A stretch of DNA of 64,000 bases from Craspedostauros australis. Taxonomy: Eukaryota. Position numbers and translations under genes: made by a program. Shown one piece after another: positions 45,428-56,500 of the stretch. Below the pieces are notes generated by a model, which made no database searches, had not been told where the DNA came from, and saw only the letters and a program-made list of their open reading frames with translations. The stretch's first letter is position 1. Each line of letters starts with the position of its first letter. Location of the stretch: NCBI GenBank assembly GCA_030167865.1, contig JALAGF010004851.1, positions 62,001 to 126,000 on the forward strand, given 5' to 3'.

Positions 45428-48400
45428 ATGACGCCGCAACCGAATCAACTCAATGCCTCGGACGCTTTCGATCAGGACCAGCAGGACCAAAGTGGGAATC
45501 AACAGCGTCGACCTCTCCATTCCGCAGCCATGAAGCTCACCAACGGCTTCGGCGACGGCGATGAAAACCAAACAGGCAGAGCGAACAATGATGACACAAG
45601 CGGGGCTGACGATGGCACCTTTCGCAGCAGGGCGATGGGGCGGCGGTCCATGCTCATGCGAGGCGCCGGTGTCACGGGGACATCTCGCAGGGCACCGCCT
45701 CCTCCCAGGGTGGGTCCAGCCCAATCCATTCAATTGCTCGTCTGTTCGGCGAACATGGGCAACGCTCAGCCGGATCTAGACTCTCTCAATGCGTGGATTC
45801 CGCCGGATGGTCTGACGCGGTACGTTGTCACGGATACGGTGCAATATCCCATCGGTGGAGATGCGGATGCTAAGGAATCGCCGACGCCGACGCAAACGCA
45901 AACAGCACAAGCACAATCAGCACAGTCTACACCCGCAGCACCCTTGCAAACGACGATGCAAAGGGAATCGGCACTGCCGCACGCACCAACGTCGTCAACA
46001 TCACCATCGACCGCGTCCAGCATTCGACAGAGTCGCCTGGGGACGCCGACCAACTCCACGCGCGCGGGGGCCCCTGCTTCGTCGGCAGGAGACTCTCCGA
46101 CCAAGAAGCACAAGCACGGCGCGATGCACACCCTTTTTGATTGTATCACATCGCCGCTCCACAACCATGGCCTATCGGCGCGAACCGAACGATTGGACGA
46201 GGTCAGGGAGGAAAGTTGGAACACCGACCAACTGTCCGACCACTCTCAACAGGACGGGAAACAGCTCGGTCAGCACATGCTCTCAGACGCACCACACCAA
46301 CCCTTGCATAGCCAGCAGATGCTGTCCCACGCATCCCTCAATCAGCAAGCAGTCGGGCAACATGCGCCTGACGCCATGTACAACCAGCATCCATTTCGTA
46401 CCTCCAGAATCGAAGATACGACCATGCCGCTGTCGCACGGACCTGCGATACCAAGTCGAAGGCCCATGGCAAATCCAACAGTCAGCAATCTGACGGATTC
46501 TGGCTGGAGCGTAGGGAAGCGCACATCCTCCATCGATGCAATGCTCAACATGTCTGACTTTTGTGGACCCTCGTATTCGGAAGGTACGCCGCCCAACGCA
46601 TCGCAGCATACAGCAAGGGAGCTGTCAGATGACGTCCGATCGCACAAATACGAGATAGATGGTGGGCGTGACCTCATGGACTATTACGGAAGCCACCGCG
46701 ATCATGACTATGCCAGAGATGACGTTGTTCATCATAAGATGGAACATGTACGAGCGGAGGAAAAACCAAAGGCTACGACAGAAATGACGCCGGCGGCGAA
46801 GACGATGTCACCAAGGAAAGCACCAGCGCCATCACAACAGCAAATGCAACAACCAACACCGACGACATCGGCCGCACCTGCCTTGTCCGCGGCTATTGAA
46901 GAACAGCAAGAGGACAGCGAGAACCCGACATACCCATCTGATGAATTCAAAGCCAGATCTGCACGGGCTCTATCACAGGAGGAATCACAGGAGAAACCGC
47001 GATCGTTGTCGAACTTCATGACGGACCAGCACAAGCAGAAGCAGCTGGAAGCACGCTCAGGTCGACAAACGGGTGGCACCGCCAACAGCATGGATGACAC
47101 GATCAACGAGAGCGACAAGTGGACAGTGGATGGTCTCGATGCGTCCACGATGGATTCTGGTACGCAGTCATTGGAGAGAACGACGGATCACAGCGTCGAC
47201 TCGTTCGAAAATGATGGTTACCTTCCAGCATTGACGCTCGCCCGCACTCCTCCGCTCAAACTGTCCACTTTGCAGCAGCACAACAATCAGCATCAATTCA
47301 GCAAAGGACCGGCAGATATTGCCTTGACTTCGACCGCAAACTCATCCGAAAGTCAGCAATCACCGTCGCACGGCATGATGCGAGGCACCAACATACCGGT
47401 GACATCGTCACAGCACCAGCATTTCGACCTGCTAGTCATCGGGATGCAGGAATCCACCTTCGAGGTCGATGATGATGACTACATCCAACTACCGGCAAGC
47501 GCACGCAGCGCTGGATTGAACAAGAAGATGGCCAACCTGACAGCGAACAAGGACTACGTCGTCAAGGACCGTTCCGAACGCAGCACCAAATCCAGCAACA
47601 CCTCCTCCACCAAGAAATCCAAGCGGTACGATAGAGACAACGAGAATGACTGGGCAGACACCATCATTCTTCACAAGCAACTCGATGAGCATTTGCCGTC
47701 CTACCGCAAGGTCGTCTCGTTCCAGCGCGGTGAGATGCGGCTCGAGGTGTTCGTTTTGAAGAATTCGACGACGCTCAAGACTGTGGAGGTGCTCGGCGTC
47801 AAGGCGCACAACACTGGGCGCGCGGGGTTGGCCAACAAGGGTGGCATCGTCGCGGAGCTTTGCCTAAATCAATCGACACGAATTGCATTGGCCACGTGCC
47901 ATCTGGAAGCGCACGAGGGACGATCCAAGTACAAGGCACGCTGCTCCAGCATCCAGAATATTCTGCGCGAAACGCATTCGGCTGCAACGGCTTGCCGCAC
48001 GGATGTTTCCATCGCCAGCCACTACACGTTCTGGATGGGCGATCTGAATTTTCGAACCGATTTCACCAAACGCAAGCAGGCCGACGTTGCGAAGAAACGC
48101 AGCGTCATGGAACCAGGCAGCAAGCCTCACATCAACTGGGCCCATCAGCTGGCAGAAACGCGCAACTACAACGCATTGAATGACGCGGATGAATTGGCCT
48201 ACGCCTTGCGCGAGAAGGATTGCCTGGTGGGATTCAACACGCCTCCATGTCACTTCCCGCCGACGTTCAAGGTCACCAAGGACAAGCCGGGATATGTATA
48301 CAATGAGAAACGATCGCCATCCTACACAGACCGGATCCTGTACAAGACAGCCCATCAGATGGAGGGGAATTTGAAGTGTCTTGTTTACGAACCCATTGAC

Positions 48401-50455
48401 GACTACATCGCATCGGACCACAAGCCAATCCGTGGGGCATTCACAATCCAGCTGAACCATCGGCTCAAGTGGCGCCCGACGCTGCTGAACCAACCATCTC
48501 GGCAAGTATTCAGCTTCAAAAAGTCCAAAAAGAGCAAGAAGAAGGATGGCTCAAAGAAGTCTTCAAAACTGAAGCTCAAGTCAAAGTTGCTCAAGAAAGG
48601 CAAAAAGGATAAGAAGGACAAGAAGGCAAAGAAGAAGCAGTCGAAAAAGAAAGGAAGTTTGGGCATCAGCGACAGCGATGACGACGATGACAGCAGCGAG
48701 GGTGGGGACAGCACGCCGAAGTTGAAAACAAAAAAGGGAGGTGGCTTCCCCTCGCAGGCAATGACCATGGGCTCCATCATGCGCCGACGCACGACGCTCT
48801 CAACAGAATCCATGCACATTTTCGTCTCCGACATCTCCGTGAAGATAGATCACACGGAGTACAAGCCAGATTCGGGCCGTGCATTCGATGTCGACCCAAG
48901 TCCCTTCGTTTGTTTCGTGTCCACACCGACGGAGGCTTGCCAAAACAAGATCTCCAAATGGGAGCTGTTCCAAAAGAAGTTCCGCATCACCACGATGGGG
49001 ACGAAGAAGGAGCAGGAGGACGGATCGGTATCCCGCACCATGCTGGGTTGGCCCAGAACGAAGAAAATTTCGAATTGCTACGCTGCAGAATGGAAAGACG
49101 ATGAGGAGGTCCACTTCACGGTGAAGACGCATCTTGAGTCTGGCATGCCGATCGACCTGAGCGGCGCGATGCTGCACCTCGTTGTCATGGACGCCAAGTA
49201 CTCCAAGTCGAGACTGCGTGGCGAACCCCGGTTGGTTGGAACGTTCGCGTTGAACCTTGCGAACCTGGTTTCGAAGACCAGCGGTGTCGGGGCGGATGCA
49301 TCAGGCGGTGACAGTATCACCACGGGAGCCAGCATGGGCCAAGGTCTAGCTCCACCAGTACGAACTCGGTCTCGAAGCGACGGTGCTGCTGGCGAAACCT
49401 TTCGCAAGATGCCTCAGCGGATGAATCCATCGGCGAACCGATACCAATCTCCCTCGAAGCCATTCATGGTGGGAGGTCGACAGAGCAACGTCAGCACGCT
49501 TGGGTTTGGAGAATCGTTCCAGGCCTCCACCACCACGTTCAATCAGAATCAAATCGGACGAAACGATTCCAACCTTTCGTTGGATGGCACGTATCAGTCG
49601 GGACAGATCACTGTGGGACCGTCCGATCGGCTCCGCGAGACACTGAACGCATCCATCTTTTCTTGCCAGGCGCGCAAACAAGCAGGCGCATCCCTGCTGG
49701 AATCCCTCCGTCGACAGGCGGAGAGCGAACGCTCGGCAATGGAAAATGGGGCACAAAGCGTCAGACGTTCACGAAGGATCATGGGCGGCGACGGTCTCGG
49801 TCGATTGTCCTGGCACGATCGAACTGCGCGCCGGAGGAATTCCAATCCGACGGAGGCACCGAAGGAAGCCTCTCCGCGCATGAACATGCGGCGCAAACGA
49901 CACAACGAGCCTGGAAGGAGATCGCTGAGCCGCCGTCCTTCCATTGGTTCCGTGTCTGGCACACCCTCCACCAACGGCCCCGGTAGCAGCGTTGGAGACT
50001 CAGGAGACGTCCACAGCGTGGGCGGGAACAGGGAGTCGCGGATGGATGTTGCTTCCACCATGCGCCCGATGCTATGGAGAGGGCTGATGGGACGAAGCTC
50101 CCGGCGCCATATCTCCGAGCAGCTCGACACGCTCAACATCCATTCCATCCGCATTGAAGAGCCGCTGTTGAAGTACGGCAAACAAATGGGAACGATCACT
50201 TGCACCATCGACGCTTGGTGGCAGGCAGATGACGGCGGCAGCGGCGGACAAGGGCAGGGAAATGGGGGCACCGCAGGGCCTGGCATGTTGGACCGTCATG
50301 CATCGCTTGGTCCGGGCACGTTGTTTGGCAACAGCAGCAGCAAAAACGACGTGGGTCCTGGCAATCTGGACAAGTCAAAAAGCACCAAGAGCAAGCGAAG
50401 GGGCATGTTCTCCAGCCAACGGCTCAAGCCAAAACGTCACGAGTCAGCACTGTAG
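45428..50455 (+). CDS. Inositol polyphosphate 5-phosphatase family protein with C2-like domain and large disordered insertions; 1675 aa
   Basis: Catalytic motifs LLVIGMQE, ANKGG, CHLEAH, FWMGDLNFR, FPPTFK, PSYTDRILY, SDHKPIRGAF in one uninterrupted ORF. Confidence 0.9.
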   Translation: MTPQPNQLNASDAFDQDQQDQSGNQQRRPLHSAAMKLTNGFGDGDENQTGRANNDDTSGADDGTFRSRAMGRRSMLMRGAGVTGTSRRAPPPPRVGPAQSIQLLVCSANMGNAQPDLDSLNAWIPPDGLTRYVVTDTVQYPIGGDADAKESPTPTQTQTAQAQSAQSTPAAPLQTTMQRESALPHAPTSSTSPSTASSIRQSRLGTPTNSTRAGAPASSAGDSPTKKHKHGAMHTLFDCITSPLHNHGLSARTERLDEVREESWNTDQLSDHSQQDGKQLGQHMLSDAPHQPLHSQQMLSHASLNQQAVGQHAPDAMYNQHPFRTSRIEDTTMPLSHGPAIPSRRPMANPTVSNLTDSGWSVGKRTSSIDAMLNMSDFCGPSYSEGTPPNASQHTARELSDDVRSHKYEIDGGRDLMDYYGSHRDHDYARDDVVHHKMEHVRAEEKPKATTEMTPAAKTMSPRKAPAPSQQQMQQPTPTTSAAPALSAAIEEQQEDSENPTYPSDEFKARSARALSQEESQEKPRSLSNFMTDQHKQKQLEARSGRQTGGTANSMDDTINESDKWTVDGLDASTMDSGTQSLERTTDHSVDSFENDGYLPALTLARTPPLKLSTLQQHNNQHQFSKGPADIALTSTANSSESQQSPSHGMMRGTNIPVTSSQHQHFDLLVIGMQESTFEVDDDDYIQLPASARSAGLNKKMANLTANKDYVVKDRSERSTKSSNTSSTKKSKRYDRDNENDWADTIILHKQLDEHLPSYRKVVSFQRGEMRLEVFVLKNSTTLKTVEVLGVKAHNTGRAGLANKGGIVAELCLNQSTRIALATCHLEAHEGRSKYKARCSSIQNILRETHSAATACRTDVSIASHYTFWMGDLNFRTDFTKRKQADVAKKRSVMEPGSKPHINWAHQLAETRNYNALNDADELAYALREKDCLVGFNTPPCHFPPTFKVTKDKPGYVYNEKRSPSYTDRILYKTAHQMEGNLKCLVYEPIDDYIASDHKPIRGAFTIQLNHRLKWRPTLLNQPSRQVFSFKKSKKSKKKDGSKKSSKLKLKSKLLKKGKKDKKDKKAKKKQSKKKGSLGISDSDDDDDSSEGGDSTPKLKTKKGGGFPSQAMTMGSIMRRRTTLSTESMHIFVSDISVKIDHTEYKPDSGRAFDVDPSPFVCFVSTPTEACQNKISKWELFQKKFRITTMGTKKEQEDGSVSRTMLGWPRTKKISNCYAAEWKDDEEVHFTVKTHLESGMPIDLSGAMLHLVVMDAKYSKSRLRGEPRLVGTFALNLANLVSKTSGVGADASGGDSITTGASMGQGLAPPVRTRSRSDGAAGETFRKMPQRMNPSANRYQSPSKPFMVGGRQSNVSTLGFGESFQASTTTFNQNQIGRNDSNLSLDGTYQSGQITVGPSDRLRETLNASIFSCQARKQAGASLLESLRRQAESERSAMENGAQSVRRSRRIMGGDGLGRLSWHDRTARRRNSNPTEAPKEASPRMNMRRKRHNEPGRRSLSRRPSIGSVSGTPSTNGPGSSVGDSGDVHSVGGNRESRMDVASTMRPMLWRGLMGRSSRRHISEQLDTLNIHSIRIEEPLLKYGKQMGTITCTIDAWWQADDGGSGGQGQGNGGTAGPGMLDRHASLGPGTLFGNSSSKNDVGPGNLDKSKSTKSKRRGMFSSQRLKPKRHESAL

Positions 50456-50984
50456 ATGCGCACTTGCAGAATCGCGTGCATGCGTCCGTGTATGCATCGG
50501 CGACGTATGGAGTATTAGACAAGTTGAGTTGGACTGAATGGGTGTGCGTGCGAGTATAGTAGAGTAGGGACGTTGCATCCACAATCCAATCCAGTGTACC
50601 ATATGGTACGATAACATAGAGCAGAACAAGTTGGAATTAGACCGCCGTTGCTATTTGAGGCGAGTGCTGGTGCATAGCTCGTATGATTCAGTCGAGGACA
50701 GCGTGCCGTATCGTGCGATGATTCTCTGTCGTCTGGATTTGCATACTAAGACAGTATTCTAGATTGTTGTGACATCCATGCTTCGCTGGTGCGATTCCTC
50801 AACGGCGGCACAGGACAGAGGAAACGATGGCAACGCCAGAGTCCGTCATGTCCATCTTTCGCTCATCCAGATGGTCGAATCTCCTGCCATCAATCATCCT
50901 GCAGACGCACACAACGTTTCGTTTCGTTCATTCACCAACGCACGCATTCAAAAATCCTCCGCGTCGGCGGATCCATCATCTCGC

Positions 50985-51763
50985 TTACTCCCGGTTGGTG
51001 ACCAGGATCAGATGCGATCCAAACTGTGTCTCCACTGGACCATGGATCACTCCCACCGCTTCACCGAAGGCCACGGCATCGAATTCTGGAACCATCTCTC
51101 CGCGGCCGAATCCACCCAGGGAGCCGCCGTTGGACTTGCTTGGGCATGTGGACTTGGACTTGGCGGATTGTGCGAACTACGATGATGTCGCGGAGGAAAT
51201 TGACATGGACACGGGAACATGGATAGGGCGTGAGTACTGATGAATTGAAGAATGGTATGCGACCCATGCATTGACGGAGTACTCCAGCGATTCCATGCAC
51301 AGTGCAATCAACGTGCAATCATCTTCAAAGATCGAGTCAAACATCGAGTCAGATGTTGGAGCGAAGAAGAAGAAGAAGAAGATAAGCGCTTTGTCATCGC
51401 TCTCTTCCAAGAGTGGTAGAACAGCAACACGACCAATCGCAGTACTATACTCCGACACAGTTCACCACTCACAGCGTCCATGAGCGCGGCGGGTTCGACA
51501 CCACCTTCCACGGCACCCTTCTTCATGGCGCGCTTGTAGATGTCGATCTTGAGCTTTTGACATTGCGTGCTGGCGTTGGGTCCCTTGAGGAGGATGTGCG
51601 ATGCTTCGGCAGTCTTGGGTCCGAAGATGGAATCCAGGAATCCCATGGACAGCTGCGTGTTGCTGTTGGCAGACGCAACCGACGATGGCTGCACAGTGAA
51701 GGCGGTTGCTGTGGCGACGACGGCCATGAGGATGGCGAGGATGTTGGTAATGGAGGCCTTCAT
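50985..51763 (-). CDS. Plastid-targeted parvulin-type (PpiC) peptidyl-prolyl isomerase; 2 exons (51763-51473, 51176-50985), 160 aa
   Basis: Signal ...VVATATA-FTV plus transit peptide; AEASHILLK. Exon 2 (absent from the ORF track in this frame): FAQSAKSKSTCPSKSNGGSLGGFGRGEMVPEFDAVAF...HGPVETQFGSHLILVTNRE. Phase-0 GTGAGT...CGTAG intron. Confidence 0.93.
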
Positions 51764-52400
51764 GGTTCTTTCGCTTGTGATACTATTTTGATCGATGGCG
51801 TGTGGATCTTTCTTTTCGGCGAGTTGGCGTTGGAATCTTGTGGTCTCTGTCGGTTGCAGATGAAGAAAGTTGCAGTTTCAATTGCGACAAAGAAGGCAGA
51901 GAAAAGAGATCTGGATCTTGTGATGAAAGGGCGATGCCGCACACGAGCGTCCTTGTGTTGTCGGTTGCCAAAACCTGCGCCAACACCGATGCCCCTCATG
52001 GCCACACGCGAAATGTGATGCCAAAAAAGTGACGCAGATTGAGGGGAAAGAAAGCTTCTCCCAGCAGTCGACCACCTCGACAAAAGAAAGTTGCTTTTGT
52101 TGGTCACAAGTTGTTGGACTCAAACTGGCGTGTCGCAGTGCGACATGGCAAGTGTCCGAGAGAATACAATGGCCGCAGCACCATACAAAGCGAAGCAGTG
52201 CCTTGGGTTGCACATACAAAGAGGCCCGACCTGTCACGTGTGTAGTACCATGTACTGGATGTACACTCACAGAACAAACACTCACAAACGGAAGCCACAC
52301 AAGCATGAACAAATCCCACCAACGGACAAACAAGCGAAGCGACAGCATCACGTAGTACGACGCCCGTGTAATTCAACGTGACCCAACAGAATTGCGCGGC

Positions 52401-52435
52401 GACACGACACGACACGACACGACACGACACGACAC
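52401..52435 (+). repeat. (GACAC)7 microsatellite
   Basis: Seven perfect GACAC units. Confidence 0.95.
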
Positions 52436-53517
52436 ACCAACACACGACGCAGCAAGATGCCAAAGGAAGAGAGGTTGTGTGACGGAACGAACGGAGATTG
52501 CTGCGAGAAGTCGAGCGAAGAAAACTCCGCAGAAACCCACAAAGACCGTTCTGGCCGAAAGAGGTGCTGTCGCCAGATTCCGCACGAGATGGGAAGAAGT
52601 GCGGTCGTGAACTCGTGAGTGCCGTTGCATGTGCATGTGCATCCGCACCTATTTGCAGTCGTTGTTCCGACCTTGCATGTGGTGATCGTTTCCTTCCCTT
52701 TGTGGACAGAACAGATCGCGTTTGGAGGGAGGCATCCTTTGTTCGAGGAGCCTGTGTGTGTACGACCTATGGTACAGCCCATCCCAGAGCATGCCACCAA
52801 TACACACAGGACCGACCGAGAATGTAAGTCCGAGCACCCAAGTCCCTTCTCTCCATTTCTGCCGCCGCTGATCCTGATGCTGATGCTCCGAATGTCGAAT
52901 TTGTGAGAACGGGTGTTCACATACTCGTGGGGTACTCTACTTTTTTATATTGGTGCATACTCCACATCCGCTGCGGACAGAGAGGTTGGCGCAAACATCA
53001 TCTCTGACTTCAGGACTGATTGCATAGAGCATCATCTGGCAGCAGCGTCGAGCGGAGTGCGAGCATCTGCAACCATCGGTGGCGAACCCAATCGTTCCAT
53101 CTCTGGAACAGACGCGTCTGAGAATCGGTGGTGCTGCTGTCATCGCCAGTGCTCTGCCAAGGGAGCCCCGGCCTCTCTTCCATTTCCATTTCAGGAAGGT
53201 TGGGCATTCTGTTGCTCTGCATCAGACAGAGAGCAGACGTCAGCATACTCATACACATCAGCATCACTCTCCAGACAAGCATCAGCGTCAACACCAACAT
53301 TGGCGCCAACATAGACGGCAGTCGGCATTCATGACATCAGCTCATCTCTTCATCTGCTGGTAATCCACCATCCGCATACCTCATATCCCATATCATCCTA
53401 CCACATTATACTCGTACATTCGTGCTTCCGTCTCTCTACGGTATTCAATTTTCATAATCCGCCATCCACAACTTACCAATCATCCAACCAATCAATCAAC
53501 CAACGATCGGCATCCCC

Positions 53518-56500
53518 ATGCAGCAACCAAACAAACATCCCCGTTCATCACCCCCAGCGTCACGTTCAGCGTCGCCTTCGGCATCACGTTCAGCGTCGCG
53601 CTCGCCATCGGCACACAAACGAAGACCCAGAGCAGGGGGTGAGCCCCCGACCGCGATCACCATCCCGCGCGTGACGGTGCCATCGACCCACGGTTCTTCT
53701 CGCTCGGTCGCAACGCCATCGACGTCCATATCATCCTTCCAGTCGCCTCTTCCGTCAACCACCACCCTGTCCGTAGCCACGCCCAACAACAGCACCCATT
53801 CGGAGTCGTTGCGGACTGTCGGACGGTCCTCGGATCGTTGGCGGCAGCATCATCTCGAGCGTCTTCAGAGCGACGATCATCCGACCCACTTTCGATCGGA
53901 ATCGGACGAACAATCTGCGTTGACGACGCCGACGGCAAGCGGAGCAAAGAAGCCGTCGATGACGATTCCACAAGCATCACCATCTGGTTACATCCTAAAA
54001 CGACCTGTTCGCGATCGGCAAGCGAGAAGGGAAAGGCGTCAGCAGGAGCAGCAGCAGGAGCAGGCAAGCCAAGAGCAGGAAAACCAAATCATCGATACTG
54101 AAGGTGAAGCAAGCACCACCGAAGACAACCACAGCAACGGCAGCAACGAAGACAATATCGCCAAACCAACGAATATGGACAGCTTGAGGAGTATGGAAGA
54201 TGACTATGCCGGGCAAGGTTCTCAGCACGATCAACTGCAGCAAGACCATGAATGCGTCCAACCGGCTGGCCAGATACCCCACGAAGCTGCGCTTCACCAT
54301 CACGACTTCAGTCAGCAGCAACGGCAACCCTTGCCACCTTCAGAACAACATTCCTACGGAGATGCACAAATAGAGACGCAGCCGCTCCACTTCCAGCACT
54401 CGCCACACAAGAGTCCGTTCGATGAACTGTCCAGCTTCATACGAACCGACAAATTATCCATTCAGGGTCCACCGCCAGTTCATATACCCCAATCGCGCCC
54501 AAGTGCAACGACGCATTCCGAACACGAATCATCCAGCCACACGATACCGATTGCTCCCACGCCACCGAGCGCATACCACCGTGCTCATCTCGACCGCGCT
54601 CGCCCAAATTTGATCCCGCCGGGACAGAGACCGCCAGCAATGAGATCCTCGGGGTATTCCATATCGAGCGGTGAGCACACCACGGAATCTTTTGGCAACA
54701 CCAATCGGCATCAGCGTCCGCAAATCAATACCGCAGCACCAAACAGTGATGAAACCGGCTCCTTGCCTCGGCCGGTTGATTCGTACGATGATGAGAGGTT
54801 GCACGCCTATCACGATCGTCAGGTTGGCTACAACAGCACGGATGATGGCAACGAGACCATGGAGGCCTCGGACATTTCATCATCCACCCGCGGTTTCGGT
54901 CTGCAACAATCGAGCAATGCCAGAACGGTTTTTCGACATGGCTCTAGCAACGACTCTTCCGATGTTATGGAAGATGATTACGTGGAGGAAACAGTCCATA
55001 GCGATGACAGCAATGAAAGTGAGGATGGCACCGGTGGATCTGATATCGATGACGAAGAGGACTTTATTGGCCATCAGTTGGACAGCAGCAGGCAGTGGTT
55101 CCAAAATGAGATACTTTCATCCGAAGATGATACCACAACCACCAATCAATCCAACCGAAATTCGGAACACCAGGCCATCAACCCAGCTTACGATGACACG
55201 GAAACCTACGTATCCGAACAGAGCATGACCAGCCAACGGATCGGCGGGTTCCGACATGTCAACTTCAATGGACACGGCCATGACAGTCCTGGAGGCTGGA
55301 GTGCAGGAAGCAGCAGCCGCCAGACCACGCAGTACACGGCCTCCACCGCGGCGTCGTCGACGTGTCGCAGTGCAGACAGCGCAGATTTGGAACCGACAAC
55401 AACGATGGAGTCCTTGGTCACCCCGTGGCATCAGAGCTTCACGAGCAACACCGAGGGCAATCCAAGCGACCAATCCTTTCTCGTCACACCCTCCTCCGTC
55501 GCATCCTCGCAGCTCACGATGCCAACATTTGCCAGCTCGCAACGCTCGGTGGCCGCCATGAGTGATGATTACTTGCAAACGCCGACGATGCGCAGCACGA
55601 GAATACATCCCTCCATCAGGGAGTTGTCGGAGCATTCAGATTCCAACGATGAAGAAGAGGCGACGATGCATGACAAGATGCTATCCTTTCGTCACCATGA
55701 TGCGAACGTGGCGGACACAAGCACATCGCTCCTGCAGGATACGTCTCAGCAAGATGACACGGTGCGCTCATCCTTGTTGGGAGACGACGGACGACCCCTC
55801 ATAGCATCCTCCATGAAGTCGATCGATTCAGCACATATCCCCAACAGAAATACCTCCCACGTTGCCACCACGTCCCCAGTGCACGATCAGCAAACGCCAG
55901 CAAACCTCAACGATCAGAAACAGCTTTCTATTGCTTCCGAGATTTCGCAGAGTGGGCGCGATCCCGGAATTGCTCGTGCCGACAGCAAACCAACTTCTTT
56001 GGGGAGCTTCCAGTCGGAGTTTTCGGTATCATTGCATCTAGGCGATGGACGCATGGGGCAGAATCAAAGTTCGCATGCGGATCAGCGCACGGCCGCCTCG
56101 GGGAATTGGACGCAGGAGGAAGACGCGGCCATGCGAAATCCAGCTGGCGCAACGGCAATGACAGCCTCCACGTCCACACTCAGCACAGCCATGACGATGA
56201 TCAACACTGTGGATGGCAGTGGTGTGGGAAATGGACCATTGAATGAGCAGGCGGTGCCACCGTCAGAGAATCTACCAGGTGCGCACGATGGTGTTACTCC
56301 ATTTCGTGAATCCATCCAGATCCCGTCGAAGGCCTCCACCATGGACAGCCAACCCGCAACGAATCGTTCTGGTGAGACTGCGACACAAGGCAATTCGATC
56401 GCAAGTCAACTCATCCTGTCCCCAGGGACCAGGACGAAACAAAATGGCAGCATGGGACTCTCGGGGGAGGCTTTTACGAAGAGTCCCGCGTATTCGCTGA

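Noticed and set aside
52401..52435. Regular repeat arrays as CRISPR or telomeric candidates
   Set aside because: Simple microsatellites without spacers; not TTAGGG-type; eukaryotic context.
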